DNA from: Vulcanimicrobiota bacterium
Lineage (GTDB): Bacteria > Vulcanimicrobiota > Vulcanimicrobiia > Vulcanimicrobiales > Vulcanimicrobiaceae
Reading direction: 5' to 3'
Assembly: GCA_963795855.1 (NCBI GenBank)
Contig: CAWCIZ010000002.1
Span: 288,001-352,000 of the forward strand
DNA length: 64,000 nucleotides
A model generated the notes under the pieces. The model saw only the letters and a list, made by a program, of their open reading frames with translations. It had not been told where the DNA came from and did no database searches. Positions 21,589 through 31,899 of this stretch are shown here, piece by piece. Within the stretch, counting starts at the first letter, position 1; each line of letters starts with the position of its first letter. The translations under genes were made by a program, and so were the position numbers.

Positions 21589-22422
21589 ATGAAGATTCGC
21601 GCCTTGCTTGCGGCAGCGATGTGTGCACTCCTACCCAGTTTGGTCGCGAGCGCCGCCGAGCCGGGGACAGTCACCGTGGATTACGCCGGCTCGCTGGTCG
21701 CTACAATGGAAGGCTCGCTCAAATCCGCGCTCGCCCAGCGGACCGGCCTGCGTCTTGCGGGAGAGGCAAAAGGAAGCCGCGCGCTCGCGAATCTGATTAC
21801 CGCCGGGCTGCGCACGCCCGACGTCTTCATCAGCGCGGACCCGGCTCTGATCGTCAAATTGAACGGAGAGCATCTGGTTGGTGCTTACGCGACCTTCGGT
21901 TCCGCGCGAATCGTCGTGGCATATTCGGCAAAATCACCGCGTCGAGCATTATTCGAGCAAGCGGCGCGCGGACGGCTCTCCATCCTCGACGTGCTCTCGA
22001 ACCCCGCGGTCCGAGTGGGACGCACCGATCCGCAGCTCGATCCCAAAGGGCAGCGCACGCTGCGCGCGTTGCAGCTGCTCGGCGCGCATTTTCACGCGCG
22101 CGCTAAGGCCCAGGCCGTCGAACGCAAAGCCGAAACGTTTCCTGAAGAAGACCTCGCGGTGCGCGTGGAGAGCGGCGAACTCGACGCCGGCTTCTTCTAC
22201 TCGACCGAAATTCCGGGCCGCGATTTGCACGCCGTGGAATTGCCGAACGACTCGAATCTCTCGCACGGCATCGCTTACGCGATAGCGGTGTTGCGCAACG
22301 CACCGAATCCGAGCGGGGCGGACACGTTTGCCCGCTTCGTACTCTACGGTGAAGGAAAGCGTATTTTGGAGGGGGCCGGAGTGCGCTATTTCAATCGCGT
22401 TCGAAGTAGAGGCCGGCTCTAA
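21589..22422 (+). CDS. Molybdate/tungstate-type solute-binding protein (ModA/WtpA family)
   Basis: Signal peptide, YAGSL, GS..LA, DVFISAD, GRTDPQLDPKG, GELDAGF.Y. Confidence 0.85.
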   Translation: MKIRALLAAAMCALLPSLVASAAEPGTVTVDYAGSLVATMEGSLKSALAQRTGLRLAGEAKGSRALANLITAGLRTPDVFISADPALIVKLNGEHLVGAYATFGSARIVVAYSAKSPRRALFEQAARGRLSILDVLSNPAVRVGRTDPQLDPKGQRTLRALQLLGAHFHARAKAQAVERKAETFPEEDLAVRVESGELDAGFFYSTEIPGRDLHAVELPNDSNLSHGIAYAIAVLRNAPNPSGADTFARFVLYGEGKRILEGAGVRYFNRVRSRGRL

Positions 22423-22427
22423 ACCGC

Positions 22428-23228
22428 TTGCAGCACCCGGTCATCAAGCGGCTTCGCCGCTTTCGGGCGCTCCTGTGGTGCCTGGTTCTTTCGCTGGTCT
22501 TCCATTTCGTCGCCGTTCCGCTGATCGTCGGGCTTTTCGGCACGCGCCAAACGTTCGCGCAGCCGCGCGAACTGATCTATCAAACGTCGTCCGCATTGCG
22601 GGTTTCACGCATGCCGCGTCCAAGACCGCGTACCGTAACGCCGCCGCATCCCATCGTCACCGCGAAACAGCCGCCGATTCCGGTGCACCGCGCAGCGGCG
22701 CCGCCGCAAGTGCGGCGCGAGCTTGCGAAAATCGGACCGGGGCCACGCGCCGACGTCCCGCACCTCTCGCCGCCCTCCATCGACATCGCGCAGCAAGAGG
22801 CGCAGTACGAAAAGACGATCGCGCAGTTACGTCAGGAAAACAATCCGCTGGCCGGAGCGGCGCGTCCGGTGGAGACGCCCGCGGCGCCGAAACGGTATAC
22901 GTTCGATTTCTCCGGCAGCGTCGGAACCGGCCCGCAAGCCGAAGGCATTCTCACGCCGGTCGAATCTTGGCGCGACGGGCCGTATACGTATTACTACGTG
23001 CGTTATTACGTGCAGTACGCAGACGGCAGCACCGAGACGGGCTACGTTCCGTGGCCGATCCGGTATCTTCCGAAAGTCGACCCCTTCCTGAATCATTGGC
23101 AGCATTTTCCGCTCCCGATTCCGCTGCCGGACTACGTCATGCCGGGCGGCACGGATTTGCATCCGCTGATCGCGTTCTGCTGGGAGCACCGCAGCGAGCT
23201 GAGCGACTGTCCGATCGAACACGACTAG
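22428..23228 (+). CDS. Hypothetical protein with TM anchor, Pro-rich linker and unrecognised C-terminal domain
   Basis: SLVFH TM helix, Pro/Arg-rich segment, aromatic beta-rich C-terminus. Confidence 0.65.
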   Translation: MQHPVIKRLRRFRALLWCLVLSLVFHFVAVPLIVGLFGTRQTFAQPRELIYQTSSALRVSRMPRPRPRTVTPPHPIVTAKQPPIPVHRAAAPPQVRRELAKIGPGPRADVPHLSPPSIDIAQQEAQYEKTIAQLRQENNPLAGAARPVETPAAPKRYTFDFSGSVGTGPQAEGILTPVESWRDGPYTYYYVRYYVQYADGSTETGYVPWPIRYLPKVDPFLNHWQHFPLPIPLPDYVMPGGTDLHPLIAFCWEHRSELSDCPIEHD

Positions 23229-23288
23229 CCGGCTTTCCGCGGATATTCCGCTTGCCGCGCCGCGCGCTTGTGGTACAAAGTACACGTC

Positions 23289-23477
23289 ATGCGCCGACTC
23301 TGCATCGCGGGTGTCGCAATTGCACTCGTCGTGGCAATCTTCGCCCTGTGGTCGAAGGTGCGTCCACCCTATGTCGTCGCCGTCGGAACGCCGATTCGCC
23401 ATGACGATTTTTTCTTCACCGTCAAACGAATAGAATCGCAGCCGGCGAGCGGCGGCGTTCGGAACGTAACAGGCTAA
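23289..23477 (+). CDS. Short TM-anchored ORF, possibly truncated
   Basis: 62 aa with an N-terminal anchor; ends abruptly on the dnaE2 stop. Confidence 0.4.
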   Translation: MRRLCIAGVAIALVVAIFALWSKVRPPYVVAVGTPIRHDDFFFTVKRIESQPASGGVRNVTG

Positions 23478-26400
23478 TGAAAATTGCGGGAGCGCACGCC
23501 CTCGGTGACGTCTTTGGCGTCGAACGCAAACGCTTTGCGCGCGAGCACGTCGATGCAGCCGCCTTCCTTCTGCAGTTGTCCTTCGATGATAAGGGTCGCC
23601 GCTTGGCGGATGGTGCGCCGGTATTTTTCGTACACGTCCGGCCGCACGATGACGTTGACCAACCCCGTTTCGTCCTCGAGCGTGAGAAAGACGAAGCCTT
23701 TCGCCGTTCCCGGACGCTGACGCGTAATGACCAGACCGCCGACCTTGCAGACCAGATTGCCCGGCATTTCGGCGAGTTTGACCGCGGGAACGACGCCTTG
23801 TGCGTCGAGTTGCGCGCGCACGTGCGCAATTGGCTGCAGTTTCGGCGACACGCCGGTCGACCATAAATCGAAGGCCGTTTCGCGACGCGCGGAAATTGGT
23901 TGGAATGAGGCGGCGGGCTCTTCGACGTCCATCATGCGCCCGAGTTCGCCGCGCGTCTCGCGTTCGTCCAAGCCTCGCAGCGCCCACATAGCGTCGCGCC
24001 GCGAGGTAAACCACGGTGAGAACGCGCCGGCGACGGCGAGATTTTCGATCGCTTCCTTTTCGAGTTGCGTGCGCTTTGCGAAGTCGAGCAAGTCTGCGAA
24101 CGCGCCTTGCGCGACGGCGTCCTGCAGCCGTTCGCGCTGCGCTTCGCCCAAACCGCGAATCAGATGAAAGCCCAGACGAAGCGCGCCGCCGTCGTCCACG
24201 AAGCTCCAGTACTCGCTCGCATTCACGGTAATCGGTTTGACGTGCACGCCGTGGCGGCGCGCGTCGTTGACGAGCACTTCCGTCGAATAGAATCCCATCG
24301 GCTGCACGTTGAGAATCGCGGCAGCGAAGATCGCCGGATAATGGCACTTTACGTACGCCGACTCGTACGCAAGCAGCGCGAAACTGGCGGCGTGCGATTC
24401 GGGAAAGCCGTAATCGGCGAAGCCTTCGAGCATGTGAAAAAGCTGCTCGGCCGCGGAGCGCTCGATGCCGTTCTGCACCATGCCTTCCACCAAGCGGGGA
24501 TAGATATCGCGCATGCGTTCGTGCGAGCGTTTGTGCCCCATCGCGCGCCGAAGTTTGTCCGCTTCCGCAGGCGAAAATCCCGCCGCCTCGATGGCCATGC
24601 GCATGCCTTGCTCTTGAAAGAGCGGCACGCCGAGCGTGCGTTCCAGCACGGGTTTCAGCTTCGGATGCGGGTACGTCACCGGCTCGAGGCCGGACCGGCG
24701 GCGAAGAAACGGGTGAATCATTTGGCCTTGAATCGGACCCGGCCGAATGATCGCGACCTGCATCACGATGTCGTAAAAGCAGGCCGGTTTCATTCGCGGA
24801 AGCATGGACTGCTGCGCGCGCGATTCGATTTGGAAAACGCCGATGGTGTCGGCCTTCGAAATCATTTCGTACGTGGCGCCGTCGTTTTGCGGAATCGTGT
24901 GGAGCTTGAGCTTTTGATGATTTTGCGCGCGCATGACGCGATGATGCAGTCGAACGCCTCGCGCAATAGCGAGAGCATCCCCAGGCCCAGCAAGTCGATC
25001 TTGATGAGCCCGAGCTCTTGCAAATCGTCTTTGTCCCACTGAACGATCGTGCGGTCGCGCATCGTCGCCCACTCCACCGGCGCGACGCGAACCAGCGGAT
25101 CGCGCGTAATGACCATGCCTCCGGAATGGATGCCCATGTGACGCGGAAAGCCGTCGATGCGCCGGCAGAGCGTGAAGAGACGCTCGCCGATATCGCCCTC
25201 GAGCGCGGGCGGCACCTCCGGATCGGGATTGTCGCCGTAGTCACGATCGTAGAAGCCGTGATACGCGTGCGCTTCACCCAGCGGCGGCGTGCGCGCGACA
25301 CCACGTTCCACTTTGTCGTCGCGAGCCGCTTGCAGCCTGGCCGTATCGGACGCAACGCCCGTCGCGCCCGCCAGCGATTCGCGCGCGTCGTATTCGCGTC
25401 GCAACCGCATCGACCTGCGCGAGCGTCAAACCGATGGCTTTGCCGACGTCGCGAATCGCCGAACGCGTGTGATAGGTCACGACCTCCGCAGCCATCGCCG
25501 CATGCGTTCGCCCGTACCGTTCGTACACGTACTGGATCACCTTTTCGCGATCTTGATGCGCGAAATCGACGTCGATATCGGGAATCTCTTCCCGTCCCTC
25601 GGACATGAAGCGCTCGAAGAGCAGATTCATTCCAATCGGATCGACAGCGGTGATGCCGAGCGCGTAACACACGGCGGAATTCGCGGCGGACCCGCGTCCT
25701 TGGCACAGCACCTGCATCTCGTTCGCCGCGCGCACGATGTCCCACACGATGAGGAAATAGCCGGCGAGATCCATCTTCGCGATCATGCCGAGTTCGTATT
25801 CGAGTTGCCGTTCGACGTTGGAGGCAAGCGGCGTCCCGTACCGCTCGGCGGCGCCCTTGTAGACGAGTTCGCGCAGGTAGCTCTGCCGCGTATATCCCTC
25901 GGCAACCGGAAAGATCGGGAACTGGCCCGTAAGGCGGTCCAGGCGGAACGCACAGCGTTCGGCGATGACCAGCGTGTTGCGTATCGCGTCGGGATACCCG
26001 GCAAAGATCTGTGCCATCATGCGCGGCGATTTCACGTGATATTCGGCGTTCGGCCGCAGCAGCGCGTCTTCGCGAGCTTGCGCGAGCGTCGTCTTGTTCT
26101 TCACACAGAACAGGACGTCCGCGAGACGCGCATCCTCGCGCGCTGCATACATAACGCCGTTGGTGGCAACGTACGGAAGCTGCGACTGTGCCGCCAGATC
26201 GAGCAGTTGCCTGCAACGCCGGGCGTCTTGCGCGTGGAGATGGTGCTGCAATTCGAGAAAGAGCCGCCCGCGGAAGTGCTCGCGCACGCAGTCGAGGCCG
26301 CCGGCATCGGGCGAGCCGTACAGCGCGACCAACCCGTCCGTGCGGCCGTCGAGATCGCGCGCCGCAAACGCGGCTCGCCTTTGTTTCCGCGTAGTTGTCC

Positions 26401-26679
26401 GGCGGAGATTAGGTCGCATAAGTTCGCATAGCCGCGCTCGTCCTCGACCAGCGCGATCAGCGGTTCGGCGTCCTCGAAACGCAGCCGGCTTCCGATGATG
26501 CCGGGAATTTTGCGCTCGGCGGCCGCTTTGGCGAAGCGCACGGCACCGTACAAGCCATCGCAGTCCGTCAGCGCGATTGCATGCAGGCCCGCATCCGCCG
26601 CCGCATCGACGAGGTCTTCGGGATGCGAGCCGCCTTCGAGAAACGTGAAGTTCGAGTGCGCGTGCAATTCCGCGTACAT
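23474..26679 (-). CDS. dnaE2: Error-prone DNA polymerase III alpha (DnaE2/ImuC), several frameshifts
   Basis: YAELHAHSNFTFL.G.SHP, GRGSAANS, PDIDVDF, PRHMGIHSGG, QWDKDD, YGFPESHA, RQRPGTAKG, C-terminal SRNFH. Confidence 0.95.
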
Positions 26680-26769
26680 CAACCCGCCAGGCCTCCGTTG
26701 GTCTTCCTCACCTGCAAGACAGCGGACGGAACGTGAAATGCACGCGGCGGATGGGGATGAAAAACCGCC

Positions 26770-27384
26770 ATGAAATCTTCTTACTTACTATCAATTGTGA
26801 CTCTGGCGGCCGCGGCAGCGCTTCCGTTGAGCACCTCGGCGCAAATGTCGCCCGACGACAATTCGGCGAACTCCGTCGACCGCCAATTCGTCCAACAAGC
26901 CATGCTGGCAAACGCGCAGGAGATTAAATCCGCCGATGCCGAGCGAAACAGCAGCAACTCCAGCGTGCGGCTTTTTGCGCGCACGATGATACGCGACCAT
27001 GGACAGTCCGCCGCCCAGCTCGCCGCGATAGCGAATCAATTGAACATCAAGTATCCGCGCGCGAACGTAGTCAACGTCGCACCCAACGCGGCCGCGCCGC
27101 CTCCGAGCCAGCCCAGTAGCGGCACGCATCACCCGAACGTCTATGCGGATGCGGACAGAAGCCCGCGCGCGTACATGCAAGACGAAATAGCCGATCATCA
27201 AAAAGCTATTTCGCTGTACGAAAACGAAATGAAGAACGGCAACGATCAAGACCTCAAGACCTACGCCAGTAAAACGCTTCCGCTGCTCAAGAATCACCTC
27301 ACGATGGCGCAGCAATACATGACGGTGGGCCGCATTACGCCCGAACCTCGCCCGACCCCATGCACGACCTCGTATAGCTGCTAG
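26770..27384 (+). CDS. Secreted DUF4142 (ferritin-like fold) protein
   Basis: Signal peptide; DRQFV..A..N..EI, FARTMIRDH, Y....IADH, LKTYA.KTLP.L..HL.MA. Confidence 0.85.
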   Translation: MKSSYLLSIVTLAAAAALPLSTSAQMSPDDNSANSVDRQFVQQAMLANAQEIKSADAERNSSNSSVRLFARTMIRDHGQSAAQLAAIANQLNIKYPRANVVNVAPNAAAPPPSQPSSGTHHPNVYADADRSPRAYMQDEIADHQKAISLYENEMKNGNDQDLKTYASKTLPLLKNHLTMAQQYMTVGRITPEPRPTPCTTSYSC

Positions 27385-27869
27385 CGGCCCAGCCATGCGC
27401 CGAGCATGCGCAGATCCAATCGGCGATTGAGCTGCGGACAAACGTGCGAGCACACGTGCACTTCGCGAATCTTCTGGCGCATTCGCTCGCGAGACGTGCG
27501 GAAGTATTCCTCGATGAGCGGATGCGCGCAGAAGAGTTCGTTTTTCACGTGGAGATTTGCAAAACGCCGGTGCGCGAAGCGCTCGGCTTGCGGATCGCCC
27601 ACGAAACACGCGCGCAGCCGTAGACGCGAGCGGTACTGCGGCTGCAGTTCGCGCAGACGCCGCATCGGGTGTTCGGAATACCCGATCTTTACGCAGTGCT
27701 CCTCGACGCGCAGCAAGTAGACGAAGCCGTAATTGAAGCCGGCCAGTTCCTCGAGCGGCGAAAGCAGATTCGCTGTGCGCGTAATCTCGCCGCTCTGCAG
27801 CCAGTTCCATGCGATATCTTGAAAACGGCGGCACGCAAAGCCGTTAGCGGCCATCGCATCCTCAATCAT
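27381..27869 (-). CDS. T5orf172/MUG113-type GIY-YIG family protein
   Basis: GFVYLL....VKIGYS..P.RRL.ELQ ... E..AHRRF..L....ELF; ATG overlaps the imuB stop (alternative start 27854). Confidence 0.8.
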   Translation of the reverse strand: MIEDAMAANGFACRRFQDIAWNWLQSGEITRTANLLSPLEELAGFNYGFVYLLRVEEHCVKIGYSEHPMRRLRELQPQYRSRLRLRACFVGDPQAERFAHRRFANLHVKNELFCAHPLIEEYFRTSRERMRQKIREVHVCSHVCPQLNRRLDLRMLGAWLGR

Positions 27870-29284
27870 ACGCGCCGCGCAGGTACCAGCGCTCGCCTTG
27901 CCGGTAGATGCGGCATAGCATGCCGTCGTCGAGCAGCACGTCGTATTCGTCGCGCAGAATCGGCTGCTCGAACCAGCCGTCGTCCACGCGCCACGGGCCG
28001 GCGCAGTCCAGCACGCGGCGCGCACCGACCTCTCGCGGCTCGTTGCCGCGCATCGTCACGTCGATTTCACGCACGGCGAGCAGCCGCAACTGCGGCGCCG
28101 GCGAGGTTTTCACAGCGGCGCCGCCGGAAGCTGATTGCACCGGAACGCCGAACCGCTCCAATGCAAAGCGCCCTTCGAGGCGCGGCGAGGGACGCACGCG
28201 CGCGCGCTGCGGTTCGCGAGCCGTAGCCGCCTGCAAGCGCGCGAGCGCGACGGCAAGCGCTTGCGGATCCGCGTCGTTCTGCCCGAACAGCGTCGCGGGC
28301 GCGCCGCATTCTTCCAACTGCATCGCTTGTAAACGCAAGCCGGTGATGGGTGAAGCAAACGTGAGACCTTCGAGCTTGGCGCGCATGACGTCGAGCATCG
28401 TTCGCGAGTCGCCCGTCGCCTGTGCAAACCCCACATCGACGACCCGCACGTCGCCGTTCTCGCATTCGAACGTCATCTGCAGCAGCGTTGCAGCTTTTCC
28501 GGCACGCGACAGATCGCTGCAGACGCGCTCCGCCAGAACGCGCAGCGCAAAATATACCTGTTCTTCCTGTGCCGCGCTGCCTTCGCCGTAAGCCGCCGCA
28601 CCGATCTGCACTTCATGCGCGCGCGGGCGCAGCGGCGTTGGATCGATGCCGCGCGCGCGATCGTGCCACGCGGCTGCGGCTTTGCCGAAACGGCGCACGA
28701 ATGGCCCGTGCGGCAGTTTCGCCAGGTCTTCCAAACGCGTGACGCCGAGCAGATGCAGACGCTCGACGGTGCGCGGATCGAGATCGAGCACTTCGACGGG
28801 CAGTGCATCGATGCGTCCGTCCGCGCGCGTAAGTGGACGCTCGCGCGACGAATTTATTCGGTCCGGCAGCCGCGCGCACCGGCAAATCGAAATGCGCGAG
28901 CGCACGGTGCACGCGCTCGACCCAGTGCTGCGGTTCGCCGCCGATGCCGCGCATGTCCAAATAGGCCGTGCCTTCGCCGCTGTCGTCGACGAGCGGCGTC
29001 ACCGCGTCGAGCGCGTCGAGCATGTCGTTCCACACCACGCGCGAACGCGCTGCGTCGTGGATGAGCACGCGAACGCCGCCGCCGGTCGCCGCGCGCGCCT
29101 GCAGCACCGTTTGACCGGGACGCGCACCGAGCGCGTAGGCCGCTTCATCGCACTCGATGACGCGACCGCGATCGCGCTTGTCGGCGAGCACGGCCGCGGC
29201 GGCGTCAGGCGGAGTTGCCGCAAGCACGTCGTCGCGGCGCGCCACACACAGACGAAATACGGGCACGTGAACGCAAAGCAGCAT
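27862..29284 (-). CDS. imuB: ImuB, inactive Y-family polymerase, frameshift near 28835
   Basis: AYLD, AAGPNKFVAR, LPVEVL, LHLLGV, GPWRVDDGW...RDEYDV...WYLRGAYD C-terminus. Confidence 0.88.
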
Positions 29285-29966
29285 GGCCGATCCTTTCATC
29301 TACTATTCGTAACTGCGCCGTCGCGCCCGGAGCCGAACGGCGCGCTTTGAGCACGTGCGCGGACACCTCGTAGCCCGCGAGTTCGCACAGCACGCCCGGC
29401 TCGCCGGACCAGACGACGCGATCGATCGCGCAGCGTACGCGTGTCGAAGCGAAATACGCAAGTTCCGTGTTCGCTTGCACACCGAGCGCGATCAGCACCG
29501 CGCCTGACTTTTGCGCCAGACCGCCCAAGCGCGACCACACCGTGGCGCGCAGCGCCGCAGCAGGCATCGCGACTGCGACGAACGCGCGCGAACGCAAAAG
29601 AATATCCGCACAGCGCGCGATCTCGACCCGCGTCTGCGCCTGCGCGATGAGCACCCGCTCCAAACGCACTCCGGCGCGCTCCAGATCGGGCGGGTACAAA
29701 CTGCCGTCGTCCACGACGGCGGTCAGCCCGCGGCGCGTCGCTCCGGCCAGCATGCGTGCCAGCACCGCCGTGCGCCCGGAACTCGGCGCGCCCTCGAGCG
29801 TAGCGATGGTTCCGCGCGGAAACCCGCCGTGCAGCACCTCGTCGAGTTTCGAAAATCCACTAGAAAGCGCATCGCTTCGAGCCGCCACGATGCGGCCGCC
29901 GGCACGGACGTCCAGGCCCGCTTTGAGGGTGGCAAAGGTGGGCAGTGGGGCCGGTGCGGTATCCAT
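29205..29966 (-). CDS. imuA: ImuA, RecA-like protein with degenerate Walker A
   Basis: SGFSKLDEVLHGGFPRG..GAPSSGRT, LYPP.L..AGV.LER; first gene behind the SOS box; exact 3' end uncertain. Confidence 0.85.
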   Translation of the reverse strand: MDTAPAPLPTFATLKAGLDVRAGGRIVAARSDALSSGFSKLDEVLHGGFPRGTIATLEGAPSSGRTAVLARMLAGATRRGLTAVVDDGSLYPPDLERAGVRLERVLIAQAQTRVEIARCADILLRSRAFVAVAMPAAALRATVWSRLGGLAQKSGAVLIALGVQANTELAYFASTRVRCAIDRVVWSGEPGVLCELAGYEVSAHVLKARRSAPGATAQLRIVDERIGHAALRSRARISSVCGAPRRRACGNSA

Positions 29967-29975
29967 GGGAGCACG

Positions 29976-30004
29976 ATCCTAATCGAACATATGTTCGATG
30001 TCAA
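29976..30004 (-). promoter_or_regulatory. Sigma70 promoter whose spacer is a LexA (SOS) box
   Basis: TTGACA (30004-29999)-N17-TAGGAT (29981-29976); perfect palindrome ATCGAACATATGTTCGAT at 29982-29999. Confidence 0.92.
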
Positions 30005-30101
30005 GCCTCATTCGACAGGCTGCCCGGGCACGCCGCCGAAAGTCGCACCATGCACCTGCTTCCGCGGCGGCGATGAGCCTTTCTGCATCCTTGCTATTCC
30101 T

Positions 30102-31871
30102 ATGAACAGACCGATCGCCGGGTGGATTCTTGCCGCCATTGCGCTCGGCATGCTGGTGCTCGATTACCTCGGCGCGTTTTCACCGCTCGGACTGACGTCG
30201 TTCGGCATCGGTATCATTCCGCGCGGTCACGGTGCTGCCGTCGCGAGTGTGAAACCCGGCAGCGTTGCGGCGAAGCAAGGCATTCGGCCGGGCGACTTCG
30301 TCGACGTCATGGCGATGCCGCTGGACGATCGTTTGCGTTTGCAGATAAACGTGAGTCCGCCAGGAACCGCCATCACCGTTCCGTTGGAGCGAAGCGGAAC
30401 GCGCCGCATCGTTCGTCTCGTGGCGCAAACGTCGGCCAAGCGCAGAACCACGTTCGGCACTGCGCCATATTTGATCGACGCGACGATTACGTTGCTGATC
30501 GTCGCGCTCATCGCACTGCGGCGCCCTTCGGTCGCAATCGCCGCGCTCGTGTTCTACGGTTTAGGCGCAAGCCTCACGTTTGAAGTGTCCGCGCAATTCT
30601 CGTGGCTTCCCGCGCCGTGGTTCACAATCGCGGCCGTCTTTCTCATCAGCGCCTTTTCGACGCTTCCCATCATGGCGCTCGTGCCGTTTATCGCGCGCTT
30701 TCCAAGTACTCCCGTTACGAGAATGGGCATCGCGCGCATGCGCGCCGCCGACCTGCTGTTTTTGATAAGCGCGGTGCTCTTCACGTTCGAGACGTTTTAC
30801 GAGCCGGTAATTTTTGGTTCGTGGGGCACATTCGATTTCTGGAGCGACGCCCTCACCATGCTGGTCGTGCTGTTGTTTACGGGTTTCGTGTATAACGACG
30901 CACGCGGTGAGGCGCGCCGCCGCATCGCGTGGGTCATCGCAGGCATGACGCTCAGCGCCGCCGGGTTTGCCGGATATAACTTCGTCGATACGATCAGCGT
31001 TTTAGGCGGGAATACCGGCGGCATCACAAGTATCGCGGCCGGCGTTTCGCAGCTGATGCAAGCGGCGCTCCCCGTCGCACTCGGCTATGCGATCTTGCGC
31101 CACCGGGTGCTCGACGTTGGTTTCGTTCTGAACCGGACGATGGTGTACGGCGTGATGACGGCCTTGGTCATCATCGTCGTAAGTCTCGTCGATTGGCTGA
31201 CGAGCCGGGTGATCAGCGAGCAACGGTGGGCGCTGGCGGTCGAAGCGCTCATCACGATCGGCTTCGGCTTCGCACTGAACTGGATTCATGCGCGCACGGA
31301 GCGCCTCATCGATCGCATAGTCTTTCGAGCCCGGCACGTCGCTGAAAAGCGTATTGAATATCGCATCGGCGCGCTGGGTTTTGCCGCTTCGAGCACTTCC
31401 GTGGACGACGCGGTCGGAGTCGAATCCGCGCGCATTCTCGACCTTTTCTCCGCCGCCGTCTTCGGACGCCTGGCCGCGAGCGAGCCGTTCGCACGCAGAT
31501 CGTGCACGGCGTGGGAAGACGCCGCTTTGAGCGCCGTCGACGACGATTCGCTGCTCGTGCGCATGCTGCGTTCGGTGGAACGCCCGATTATCTTGGACGA
31601 CGCCGCAATCGTTTTGAACGGAGCGCCAACCGGCAGCGCTCGGCCCGTCATCGCCATTCCAATCGTAGCGCAGCACGAACTCATCGGCTTCGCGCTCTTC
31701 GGCAACCGGCGCGACGGCGCGCTGCCCGATCCCGAAGAAATCGCGCTGCTCTGCAAACTTTGCGCGGCCGCGGGCAGCGCGTACGGGGCGGTCGAGGCGC
31801 GGCAGTGGCGCGAACGCGCCGCCATCTTAGAGCGCTCGCTCGCGACGGTGCACGGCACCGTGGTCGTTTAA
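30102..31871 (+). CDS. Polytopic membrane protein with PDZ-like N-terminal and GAF-like C-terminal domains
   Basis: VASVKPGSVAAKQGIRPGD, many TM helices, YAILRHRVLDV, IAIPI...ELIGFALFG. Confidence 0.75.
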   Translation: MNRPIAGWILAAIALGMLVLDYLGAFSPLGLTSFGIGIIPRGHGAAVASVKPGSVAAKQGIRPGDFVDVMAMPLDDRLRLQINVSPPGTAITVPLERSGTRRIVRLVAQTSAKRRTTFGTAPYLIDATITLLIVALIALRRPSVAIAALVFYGLGASLTFEVSAQFSWLPAPWFTIAAVFLISAFSTLPIMALVPFIARFPSTPVTRMGIARMRAADLLFLISAVLFTFETFYEPVIFGSWGTFDFWSDALTMLVVLLFTGFVYNDARGEARRRIAWVIAGMTLSAAGFAGYNFVDTISVLGGNTGGITSIAAGVSQLMQAALPVALGYAILRHRVLDVGFVLNRTMVYGVMTALVIIVVSLVDWLTSRVISEQRWALAVEALITIGFGFALNWIHARTERLIDRIVFRARHVAEKRIEYRIGALGFAASSTSVDDAVGVESARILDLFSAAVFGRLAASEPFARRSCTAWEDAALSAVDDDSLLVRMLRSVERPIILDDAAIVLNGAPTGSARPVIAIPIVAQHELIGFALFGNRRDGALPDPEEIALLCKLCAAAGSAYGAVEARQWRERAAILERSLATVHGTVVV

Positions 31872-31899
31872 CAGGCGCGAAAGAGGCCGTAAAGAGCCG

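Noticed and set aside
25200..25375. Intein in DnaE2
   Set aside because: Too short, and lacks the Cys/Ser start and His-Asn end
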